Source of the DNA: Methanobacteriota archaeon
GTDB lineage: Archaea; Thermoplasmatota; Poseidoniia; Poseidoniales; Poseidoniaceae
Direction: 5' to 3'
Length of the DNA: 64,000 nucleotides
Assembly (NCBI GenBank): GCA_014240385.1
Contig: JAAZXA010000068.1
Span: 29,090 to 93,089 of the forward strand
Shown here in pieces: positions 27,800 through 35,126 of the stretch (position 1 is the first letter of the stretch; every line of letters begins with the position of its first letter). The position numbers and the translations under genes were made by a program. The notes under the pieces are model-generated. The model saw only the letters and a list, made by a program, of their open reading frames with translations. It searched no databases and had not been told where the DNA came from.

Positions 27800-27843
27800 G
27801 AGCGGTGTATTTGGATCAGTTATTCTAGATCTTCGGTTGGTTC
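27797..27843 (-). repeat. 47-nt gene-junction repeat, copy 2
   Basis: CATGAGCGGTGTATTTGGATCAGTTATTCTAGATCTTCGGTTGGTTC; covers the stop region in a different reading frame from copy 1. Confidence 0.85.
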
Positions 27844-28146
27844 GATTTCTACGATGTAGATTTCGATGCCTTTGGCCTCCAACCAGTCTAATGTGTCGTC
27901 AAAACTCCGATGGTCTTGTTTGAACTCTTCTGTCAAATCAACCATCATGCCTTGCATACATTCATGTGCAATTGCATCAGAGTTGAACGACCAATCCATA
28001 TCTCTCCAACCCATTCCGAATCCAGAACCACCATCGGTCATGTATTCGTCATATTTGTTGGCTATCTCATCCATTCGTTTGCTACGGTTGCTGAAAGTCT
28101 CGATGTTTCCATCGTCCTTCCATCTGAGCATTACTCTGTATTCCAT
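27820..28146 (-). CDS. hypothetical protein (108 aa)
   Basis: track ORF; PM-ATG at 28146. Confidence 0.75.
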   Translation of the reverse strand: MEYRVMLRWKDDGNIETFSNRSKRMDEIANKYDEYMTDGGSGFGMGWRDMDWSFNSDAIAHECMQGMMVDLTEEFKQDHRSFDDTLDWLEAKGIEIYIVEIEPTEDLE

Positions 28147-28155
28147 GAGCGGTTT

Positions 28156-28443
28156 TTAGAACTCGTTTGTAGTTCCTGTTTTGAGTAATGTGATGATTAT
28201 CCGATTAACGGCAATCATCCTATTTGTAATCGCCTTATCGTCAAAATTCTCAAAGTAAGCCATGAGCATTTCATAGTGAGGCATGTTCCATTGATGTGTC
28301 GGTAAAATAAGTTTTTCAACTGCTTCTACATCTGTTGGTTTCAAATTGTCTGATTGTCTGAGGATAGTTGAAGGGAGTTGTCCTGTTTGGTCGTTGAAAC
28401 CCCATGTTGCTTCTAACATCTTTCTAATCCATTTATCTTCCAT
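28156..28443 (-). CDS. hypothetical protein (95 aa)
   Basis: track ORF; PM-ATG at 28443. Confidence 0.7.
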   Translation of the reverse strand: MEDKWIRKMLEATWGFNDQTGQLPSTILRQSDNLKPTDVEAVEKLILPTHQWNMPHYEMLMAYFENFDDKAITNRMIAVNRIIITLLKTGTTNEF

Positions 28444-28449
28444 GAGCGG

Positions 28450-28515
28450 TTAATCCTCTTCGTATTCTTCGAAGATGTATTCTTCTGTTTCAATGCGTAA
28501 TATCAATGTCGGCAT
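28450..28515 (-). CDS. acidic micro-protein (21 aa)
   Basis: PM-ATG at 28515 (CATGAGCGGC); MPTLILRIETEEYIFEEYEED; stop TAA abuts the next PM. Confidence 0.4.
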   Translation of the reverse strand: MPTLILRIETEEYIFEEYEED

Positions 28516-28530
28516 GAGCGGCTCAAACCA

Positions 28531-28797
28531 TCAAGATGGTTTGTAGCAGTTTGATTCGTTTGTTGTTATTCTGATTGTTGAATCTGATATTGACTCGAGC
28601 AATACATCTCCATCATCCTTGACCTTAATTACTATGCAGAAATCTCCGGGCTCGATTATCTCGTCCTCGCTATTTGTTTCTGCAGCATAAAGGCTCACGA
28701 AGTCTCCGACTTCGAAGTTGTTTTGTGAAGTTGTGTAGTTCTGTTCGTATGCGTCTTCAATCAGTTTCTTTAACCGGGTTGCTACTCTTCTTCCCAT
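28531..28797 (-). CDS. hypothetical protein (88 aa)
   Basis: track ORF; PM-ATG at 28797. Confidence 0.7.
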   Translation of the reverse strand: MGRRVATRLKKLIEDAYEQNYTTSQNNFEVGDFVSLYAAETNSEDEIIEPGDFCIVIKVKDDGDVLLESISDSTIRITTNESNCYKPS

Positions 28798-28806
28798 GAG
28801 CGGTGT

Positions 28807-29073
28807 TCATTCTTCTTCAAGATCATCCCAGTGGATAAAATCTCTTTTCATTGTCCTTCTTTTGAATTTAGGGGTGTTTTCTACAAATGGGTCGGGTATT
28901 GTATTTGTCTCTTCTGGTTTGCCAAAAATATAGGCGAACCAGAAATACATCAATATCCCCATAAGAATTATCGTATAGGGGTCTTGCAGCCATTCGTAGA
29001 TGAGTGCGCATAGCAATCCTGTGCAAATTGCTGCTAGTGCGTTTCTTACATTCAATTCAATGTATTGTTCCAT
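28807..29073 (-). CDS. membrane protein (88 aa, 2 TM)
   Basis: track ORF; PM-ATG at 29073; AAICTGLLCALIY and IILMGILMYFWFAYIF. Confidence 0.7.
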   Translation of the reverse strand: MEQYIELNVRNALAAICTGLLCALIYEWLQDPYTIILMGILMYFWFAYIFGKPEETNTIPDPFVENTPKFKRRTMKRDFIHWDDLEEE

Positions 29074-29378
29074 GAGCGGTTTGTACCGGCATACTCTTGC
29101 TTAGACTGTTCGCTGGACAGTTGGCCTGTGAATCTAACTGCAACACTCCGTCTTCCCGTTTCTGTCTCCGTAGATACAATTGAGGGAAGCTGCGGGTTTG
29201 TCAATTGACTCGATGGCATCGTGGCCGAAGCCGCAGGATGCCCTAAGCAGTATCTTACCGTAGGTACTTACCCGACTCGCCAATTAGGGGTCACACCATC
29301 CATGACTGTTGGTGCCGTCCAAGGATTGGACACCGTAAGCGTATTGGTTCTGCCCCGGTTAGGTCTGTCGTGAGCGGT
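29074..29378 (-). ncRNA. non-coding island D
   Basis: opens with TAA-ACCGCTCACGA (29370-29378), conserved hairpin at 29311-29334, closes with PM-ATG at 29073. Confidence 0.4.
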
Positions 29379-29585
29379 TTAATCATTTCTAACAAGGTTG
29401 TAGACATATTCGAATAAATCTCTTCCTTGTTCTGTGAAGCCAGATGGATCATCGTCGTTTTCAACGATGTTTCCTTCTGCATCTAGGTTGTATAGTAACT
29501 TGCGTTCAATAAGTCCTTCATCAATTAAATATTCGATTACTGAATCTCCTGCATCGCAAGCTTCTCCTATGTTGTTTTCTTCCAT
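29379..29585 (-). CDS. hypothetical acidic protein (68 aa)
   Basis: track ORF; PM-ATG at 29585. Confidence 0.7.
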   Translation of the reverse strand: MEENNIGEACDAGDSVIEYLIDEGLIERKLLYNLDAEGNIVENDDDPSGFTEQGRDLFEYVYNLVRND

Positions 29586-29592
29586 GAGCGGT

Positions 29593-30459
29593 TTATGTCC
29601 AAAGACTCCTCGTCATCCTCCATATCCCTGCTTTTGCGAAGTCAGGGTGTTTTTCTATCCCTACTGCGTGTCGCCCTGTGAGCATCGCAGCCAATCCTAG
29701 GCTGTATGATCCTGCAAACGGGTCGAGCACTACATCTCCAGGATAAGTGGAGAAGCGAATAAGTTCAATCAAGAGTTCAACAGGCTTTTCTGTCTGGTGA
29801 ACCTTCTTCCTACCCATCATTCTAGAGTGGGTTTGAACATCTGCTATGCTGTTATTGATTCTTCTGCGCTTCCCTTTCGAGAAGAACAGAATTAGTTCGT
29901 GTCGTGGCCGACCATTGTAGCCAAGTGATATGACTTTCTTATCCCATACCCATTGGCTATTGAATGTGAAACCTGCGGCTTCTGCAATCTTGATTTGATT
30001 GTAGATGTAGTCGTAGGTGTCGTGCTTTGCTGCAGGCATGAAGCAAAAGAAGTGTCCATTGGGCTTCAAGACCCTAAGCATCTCCGAATACAAATCCGAA
30101 TCGATGTCTTTGGTCTCAAAATCCCATCCCTTCTTGAGATTCCTTGCTCGGGTAGTTCCCGTCTGCATTTGAGCATTCAAGATTGAATACGGAGGATCTG
30201 TGATGATAGCATCGAAGCTGTTATCTTCTAACTTTGCTAATTCATCCCAACTGTCTCCTTCAATCAAAGCGCATTGTGTGTCGCCAACTGTGGCGATGTA
30301 TATGCCTCTTGATACTCTGCGAAAGCACTTGTCTATGTTTTCATTGAGTCTTCCACGAATTGTTGTTTCCTTTTCATCAGGCAATGCTTCGTATATCTCC
30401 TTGAGATTCGATTCATTGTCTGCTAGAAATTCAACCAATCTTTCTTTCAATGTTTTCAT
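29593..30459 (-). CDS. DNA methyltransferase (beta-class N4-C/N6-A, DPPY) with N-terminal wHTH
   Basis: track ORF 29593..30480 trimmed to PM-ATG at 30459; IITDPPYS then C-terminal VVLDPFAGSYS. Confidence 0.8.
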   Translation of the reverse strand: MKTLKERLVEFLADNESNLKEIYEALPDEKETTIRGRLNENIDKCFRRVSRGIYIATVGDTQCALIEGDSWDELAKLEDNSFDAIITDPPYSILNAQMQTGTTRARNLKKGWDFETKDIDSDLYSEMLRVLKPNGHFFCFMPAAKHDTYDYIYNQIKIAEAAGFTFNSQWVWDKKVISLGYNGRPRHELILFFSKGKRRRINNSIADVQTHSRMMGRKKVHQTEKPVELLIELIRFSTYPGDVVLDPFAGSYSLGLAAMLTGRHAVGIEKHPDFAKAGIWRMTRSLWT

Positions 30460-30480
30460 GAGCGGTTCAGTTTGGGTCAA

Positions 30481-30774
30481 CTAATCTTCAGTTTGATGAG
30501 ACCAGTTTTCGGGTTGTTTGAGCCAAAGTCCAAAAAGCACCTGGGCTCCGTAGTAGGTTCCGAAAGTTTCCAAATCCGATTCCTCGTAGCCGTCTTTTGA
30601 TTCGTGAATGACATAGAACAATTGTTCCATGGTTAGATCTTCTGGTATTTTCCATTCATCTCCGTAATCGTCATTACATTCCAACAAATCGTCGTTTGCG
30701 ATTTTATCTGAGGGTGCTTCCTTAACGATTCCCGATATTGGGTTCCAGAAAGTTCCTGATATTGTTTTAGTCAT
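30481..30774 (-). CDS. hypothetical protein (97 aa)
   Basis: track ORF; PM-ATG at 30774. Confidence 0.7.
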   Translation of the reverse strand: MTKTISGTFWNPISGIVKEAPSDKIANDDLLECNDDYGDEWKIPEDLTMEQLFYVIHESKDGYEESDLETFGTYYGAQVLFGLWLKQPENWSHQTED

Positions 30775-30783
30775 GAGCGGTGT

Positions 30784-30858
30784 TCAAATTTCGTGACAAC
30801 AAGCCATGCACTTGTTTCTGCACATGGCGTATAGTCTGCATACTCTGCATTGTTCCAT
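30784..30858 (-). CDS. Cys-rich micro-protein (24 aa)
   Basis: PM-ATG at 30858; MEQCRVCRLYAMCRNKCMACCHEI; stop TGA followed by the next PM. Confidence 0.45.
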   Translation of the reverse strand: MEQCRVCRLYAMCRNKCMACCHEI

Positions 30859-30865
30859 GAGCGGT

Positions 30866-31207
30866 TTATTCACCATGATGCCATTTGAGAGCCTTTTCAT
30901 CCCAAGGCCCCCAATGCAGGTGATTTAGTACATTCTCAATTACTTCTTCATAGGTGTATTCAATAATCTCATCGGGATTGATTTTTCCTCGTCTGAAGTA
31001 AATCTCCCATGCCATCTTCACCATTCCATTTGGCCCCGATGGGTCAAAAACCCATTCGGTTAGCCATTCATCTGTGAATCTGACAAAGGCGTGGCCGTAT
31101 CGAATTCCTTCGATTTCTCCCTCGCCTGTTACTTCGGCGTGGACTAATCGGTATTCTGGATTCTCTTGAGCCAATTGAGCTGCTAATCGATAGCATTCTC
31201 CTTTCAT
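30866..31207 (-). CDS. hypothetical protein (113 aa)
   Basis: track ORF; PM-ATG at 31207. Confidence 0.75.
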   Translation of the reverse strand: MKGECYRLAAQLAQENPEYRLVHAEVTGEGEIEGIRYGHAFVRFTDEWLTEWVFDPSGPNGMVKMAWEIYFRRGKINPDEIIEYTYEEVIENVLNHLHWGPWDEKALKWHHGE

Positions 31208-31214
31208 GAGCGGT

Positions 31215-31502
31215 TCAGAATGGAAGATCTAATGCAATCTGCTTTGCGTGTTCTGGTGCATGTTTCGCTATTACTTCCCAAAATGGGCTTTCTGTAATTG
31301 CGTCTTTGCCTCCCGTATCACTCCAAGTTGGAGGAAGGGTTGTTTGGTTTCCATTCTTGTCGAGAAGCCATGCTTGAATGAAATAACTTGTTTCGCCTGT
31401 TATTCCCCCACGGTCAAATCCGTAGGCGAGGTTCCAGTTTTGCTGTTCTTCTATGTTTTTCAATACATTCAGGTTCTCTGCATATCCTAGATATCTAGTC
31501 AT
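31215..31502 (-). CDS. hypothetical protein (95 aa)
   Basis: track ORF 31215..31571 trimmed to PM-ATG at 31502. Confidence 0.7.
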   Translation of the reverse strand: MTRYLGYAENLNVLKNIEEQQNWNLAYGFDRGGITGETSYFIQAWLLDKNGNQTTLPPTWSDTGGKDAITESPFWEVIAKHAPEHAKQIALDLPF

Positions 31503-31509
31503 GAGCGGT

Positions 31510-31581
31510 TCATTGGTTCGGGCATTTGCCGCATCCATTGTCTGGACAATCGTTGCATGTCCTTGCTTCATCTTCTTCCAT
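31510..31581 (-). CDS. Cys-rich micro-protein (23 aa)
   Basis: PM-ATG at 31581; MEEDEARTCNDCPDNGCGKCPNQ; stop TGA abuts the next PM. Confidence 0.45.
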   Translation of the reverse strand: MEEDEARTCNDCPDNGCGKCPNQ

Positions 31582-31589
31582 GAGCGGTT

Positions 31590-32003
31590 TTACCAGTCAT
31601 ACACCTCAATGATGTTCTTGACTGCGTGTGATTTCATCGTTGTGAAACTGTTTGGGTCAAGATTCTCTTCAAGTGTTTCGACCAATAATCCAAGTAGTTT
31701 GTTGGTGTCCTCTCTCAACTTGTTACTGCGTCTTTTGAGAGCAATATTGATTTCGTCAATCTCATGTTGAGGGCGTGGCCTCCATGCTTGTGCCTTTCTG
31801 AGTTGTTCCTTGAGCGACTCGACTTCAACTTGTAGTTCGTAAATCGGGTTGCCTTCGTCCAACGGTTCACCGTAGTTTTGAGTTGTTAGTTTCTCTTCGA
31901 GCCTTTGCTCAGCGTCTTCAACCCAACTTGGATCTTCTTCCTTTTGGCCTAATGCATTTGCATCAGGGTTTAGTCCTTCAATCTGTTCTTTCAATGATTG
32001 CAT
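31590..32003 (-). CDS. hypothetical coiled-coil protein (137 aa)
   Basis: track ORF; PM-ATG at 32003. Confidence 0.75.
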   Translation of the reverse strand: MQSLKEQIEGLNPDANALGQKEEDPSWVEDAEQRLEEKLTTQNYGEPLDEGNPIYELQVEVESLKEQLRKAQAWRPRPQHEIDEINIALKRRSNKLREDTNKLLGLLVETLEENLDPNSFTTMKSHAVKNIIEVYDW

Positions 32004-32011
32004 GAGCGGTT

Positions 32012-32368
32012 CTAAGGCGTCAACTCTATTTTCTTTGAGAGTTTTTCTGCACCATTAGTCATCCAAGGTTCAGGTTTGACTGATTGTAGCCACTTATCGG
32101 GAGTTGGAATGAATCCAAAGTCTTCCATAAGGTGCTGTTCAACAATCAACCTCGTCAATACCTGCTTGCCGTTGCTGTTTTCGATTGTTAATCCGAATAT
32201 AGCTTCAGCGTCTCCTATCGCTAAGGTGCTGTGCCTAAATATTCTAGACACGAAATGCCATCTGTGTTCTTTGGGAGCATCTATCCATTTGTGGATATCG
32301 ATGTAATCTTCCATTTTTCCTCCGTATTTTCTTGCTGATGATTCAGCATGATGTACATAAGTTGCCAT
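32012..32368 (-). CDS. hypothetical protein (118 aa)
   Basis: track ORF 32012..32509 trimmed to PM-ATG at 32368. Confidence 0.7.
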   Translation of the reverse strand: MATYVHHAESSARKYGGKMEDYIDIHKWIDAPKEHRWHFVSRIFRHSTLAIGDAEAIFGLTIENSNGKQVLTRLIVEQHLMEDFGFIPTPDKWLQSVKPEPWMTNGAEKLSKKIELTP

Positions 32369-32726
32369 GAGCGGTAAATAGGCATTACACCATTGCGCCA
32401 GCACAAGGCCTGCACTTATCCTAGACTTTCTGAGATGTTGAGGCCAAACCGACCAGTTCATCATCGAGGGCTTTCGGGGGGGCGTGTCGACTTCCTTGCT
32501 TGGAGCCACTTTACCCTAGCCCACCGATTTGGGAACGGTATGTCCTGTTCATGCCTTTAGCCGTCCAAATGGAACTAACTGCCGATCCGTAGATGGGTCT
32601 GGGCTTTGGCAATCCTTTGGATTCCGTCATTCCACTCAGCGTGGGTCTAGTGAGAGGTAAGTTGGGGGAAACCAAAAAGAAAACCCAACCGCCGTTGCAG
32701 TTGGGTTTGTTTGATTTGTGAGCGGC
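32369..32726 (-). ncRNA. non-coding island E (terminator plus about 300 nt of unassigned sequence)
   Basis: opens with GCCGCTCACAA (32718-32726), then a terminator-like hairpin; lacks the conserved 24-nt hairpin; closes with PM-ATG at 32368. Confidence 0.35.
32669..32716. terminator. hairpin with T-rich tails on both strands
   Basis: AACCCAAC (32682-32689) pairs with GTTGGGTT (32700-32707); minus-sense tail TTTTCTTTTTGG; shares a CCCAACCGC core with the 37463 hairpin. Confidence 0.55.
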
Positions 32727-32735
32727 TCTTATGCC

Positions 32736-33203
32736 TTATGCCATTATCTCGCTTGGGTCGTCTTCCCATCGGTTACTCATCGCAATGATTCCTTCAAGAG
32801 GAACGCCATGGACATTTGACTCGAATAAGAATTGGTCTGTAATGTCGTGGCCTTGTTTCTTCCTGTATTGGTTCGTGTTGACGATTTTCACTCGATAGTC
32901 AAAGATCTTAGCGAGTTTAGCGTGATTTTCATATTCCCATCTTTGAGTGTTGGTGTTGTCTACAACGATGTATTCGTCGCCAGAGGCTAGAGCATCGATG
33001 AAGGAGCCCCAACATGATTGATGGGCCATAGGGATTTGCCAGGGGACAAAGTTGTAATTGCCGTCCTTGTCCTCGAAATAGAAATCTGCAGAATGCCAAC
33101 TGGTAGTTGCATTTGCTAGGTCTGTTTTCAAGCGCAAGTAGTGTTTAGCGTAGTAACTTTTGCCGGTTCCGGGTTTTCCCCTAAGAATTAATACTTCTTT
33201 CAT
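32736..33203 (-). CDS. P-loop kinase (AAA_33 / polynucleotide-kinase-like)
   Basis: PM-ATG; Walker A LRGKPGTGKSYYA; IVVDNTNTQRWEY motif typical of PNK-type kinases. Confidence 0.6.
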   Translation of the reverse strand: MKEVLILRGKPGTGKSYYAKHYLRLKTDLANATTSWHSADFYFEDKDGNYNFVPWQIPMAHQSCWGSFIDALASGDEYIVVDNTNTQRWEYENHAKLAKIFDYRVKIVNTNQYRKKQGHDITDQFLFESNVHGVPLEGIIAMSNRWEDDPSEIMA

Positions 33204-33228
33204 GAGCGGTTCTTATCGGGTGTTTGCA

Positions 33229-33525
33229 CTATTCGAATTGTGCAATCAAGTTGGTAAACCCATCATTCTGATCCCCATCAACAGTCCTTACGGCGTTGAT
33301 GAATCGTAGTCCACAAGATTGAGCATACCAATCCTTCAATTGTAGGAGGGCTGATTCAACACCAATAGATTCGATGCGAATCAAGGGATCATAACCGTAT
33401 GATTCCATCTGTTGATGTTGTCCTTCGTCCTGTAAGACATAGATCTTGTGACATGTATCGAATGCTATCGATACAGCGTCTTCCAATGTCTTTTCAATTG
33501 CTTTCCAAGTTTTCTTGTTTGGCAT
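33229..33525 (-). CDS. hypothetical protein (98 aa)
   Basis: track ORF 33229..33573 trimmed to PM-ATG at 33525. Confidence 0.7.
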   Translation of the reverse strand: MPNKKTWKAIEKTLEDAVSIAFDTCHKIYVLQDEGQHQQMESYGYDPLIRIESIGVESALLQLKDWYAQSCGLRFINAVRTVDGDQNDGFTNLIAQFE

Positions 33526-33535
33526 GAGCGGTAAA

Positions 33536-33910
33536 TTATATCCACGACATGTGGTTATTCTCAACCCATTCAAACAAAACCGAGTTATGCGGACCTTCTA
33601 ATCCGTCTAAGTCGGTGGCCTTTACGCCGTGTCTGATGTCGTTGATTCCAATCCAAGCCGGGGTTTTGTCATCTCGGGTCAGCATAACTGACCTGAGAAC
33701 TAGCCTGACTTGGCTATGATAGCCTCCGATGTCGATTCTGTCGGCTACGACTCGTTGCCCTATTGAAAGGGCCGCATCCAGGGGATGTGCTTCGTATACG
33801 ACTTTCTTTTGTTCCGAATCCCATCTCTTTGAGCCGGTGTAGCGGAGAGTAAATCTCCCTTCATGGCGTCCAATCTGGTGTCCGAATGCTTCTACAATGT
33901 TTGTAGTCAT
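33536..33910 (-). CDS. hypothetical protein (124 aa)
   Basis: track ORF; PM-ATG at 33910. Confidence 0.75.
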   Translation of the reverse strand: MTTNIVEAFGHQIGRHEGRFTLRYTGSKRWDSEQKKVVYEAHPLDAALSIGQRVVADRIDIGGYHSQVRLVLRSVMLTRDDKTPAWIGINDIRHGVKATDLDGLEGPHNSVLFEWVENNHMSWI

Positions 33911-33919
33911 GAGCGGTTC

Positions 33920-34651
33920 TCAGAAGTTCAACTTCGAGATTCGTCCGTGTTCATCGCATTGCTGCTTGATACGGAGCAATTCGCAGGCACCACGCCTTAT
34001 CCAAGCGTAGGCCTTCTTGCCCATACTCTCGCCATGAGGGATGTCAAGTTCACTCCACTCAGGCCAGTCCCAAGCGTCAAGTCCTTCGACTTGCGGCTTT
34101 AGGAAATCTGGTATGGTGGTTTTTCCTTGTTCATCCATAGCTGAAAGTTGGTGAGCATTCATGTGCTCCGCTACAATCCAAAGGATTGCATCGTACCCTG
34201 AAGAATCATCTCCGAGGTGTTCTAATGCTTCCTCAAGCATCTTTGCAGATGCCTTGTCGTGTCCAAATGCAGTGCTTTGTGGCGTTCCATCCGGCCATGT
34301 CTTCTTCGGGCTGTCCTTTAATGTGGACAACTTTCCAAGATCCGACCAGAAAATAGCCATCTCAAGAATGTGGTATTTACTCCACTCATTATCCATAAGG
34401 ATAACAGGCGTATCTTCCAGATGTTGAAGCATCCCGATGATGTGGTTGTAAAGCCAACCTTCCTCGTGGTGCTCGTTGTTCTGGAAACAGTAGAGCGTCT
34501 CGGTGTCAAACACCAATCCGTCAATACTTGCCTTTCCGTTCTCGAGTAAGACGATCTCAGTAGTGTGTAGGTGCTTGTTGATAGCACCAATCACTTCTTC
34601 GATTTCTGTTCTTTCAATTCTGCCCGTAGGCAGACAATTTTTTTCTAACAT
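33920..34651 (-). CDS. possible HD-type phosphohydrolase-like protein (243 aa)
   Basis: PM-ATG; TAFGHDKASAKMLEEALEHL...ILWIVAEHMNAH resembles the GHD...H helical region of HD/CCA-enzyme C-terminal domains; weak. Confidence 0.4.
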   Translation of the reverse strand: MLEKNCLPTGRIERTEIEEVIGAINKHLHTTEIVLLENGKASIDGLVFDTETLYCFQNNEHHEEGWLYNHIIGMLQHLEDTPVILMDNEWSKYHILEMAIFWSDLGKLSTLKDSPKKTWPDGTPQSTAFGHDKASAKMLEEALEHLGDDSSGYDAILWIVAEHMNAHQLSAMDEQGKTTIPDFLKPQVEGLDAWDWPEWSELDIPHGESMGKKAYAWIRRGACELLRIKQQCDEHGRISKLNF

Positions 34652-34681
34652 GAGCGGTCTTTTTGCGTAGTCCTATTTGAA

Positions 34682-34882
34682 CTATGCAAGATATCCTCGT
34701 CCCATGAAATGCTTTCTACAGCCTCGAAAGCCGCACTTGTGGCATTCGCCAGGGTCGTGGGTATCTGGCTCTTGAGTTCCTTTTGGGACGAGTGGATCAT
34801 CATCATTGTGAATTGTAATGTTCTGCGTCCCGCAATGGGGGCAGTGCATTCTTGGTGGTTCGATGAATATTATCTGATTCAT
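34682..34882 (-). CDS. zinc-ribbon protein (66 aa)
   Basis: track ORF 34682..34894 trimmed to PM-ATG at 34882; CPHCG...CHKCG. Confidence 0.7.
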   Translation of the reverse strand: MNQIIFIEPPRMHCPHCGTQNITIHNDDDPLVPKGTQEPDTHDPGECHKCGFRGCRKHFMGRGYLA

Positions 34883-34890
34883 GAGCGGTT

Positions 34891-35118
34891 TCAATTCTTG
34901 ATAGGCATCAGCTTAAATCTGCAGCCTAGCATCAATTCATACATTACACCCCAATAAGGATGGGGTCTCCGTAGAGTCCACCATATATCGCAAAAGCGTT
35001 CAACCCCGACTGATTCAAGCCACTTTATTGCGGCTTTGCTGTTCTTGAATTTCGGGGATTTGAATCGGATTCTCTTTCGATCCTTGTAAAGGTGGATTGT
35101 GTATCTCTTTTCGGGCAT
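34891..35118 (-). CDS. hypothetical basic protein (75 aa)
   Basis: track ORF; PM-ATG at 35118. Confidence 0.7.
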   Translation of the reverse strand: MPEKRYTIHLYKDRKRIRFKSPKFKNSKAAIKWLESVGVERFCDIWWTLRRPHPYWGVMYELMLGCRFKLMPIKN

Positions 35119-35126
35119 GAGCGGAT

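Noticed and set aside
1952-29334. The conserved island hairpin ending ...GGACGGCACCA, considered as a tRNA-like T-arm/acceptor mimic
   Set aside because: The loop AATCCTT lacks the T-loop consensus (TTCRANY), and CACCA is followed by further transcript rather than a 3' end. No matching 5' acceptor strand is present.
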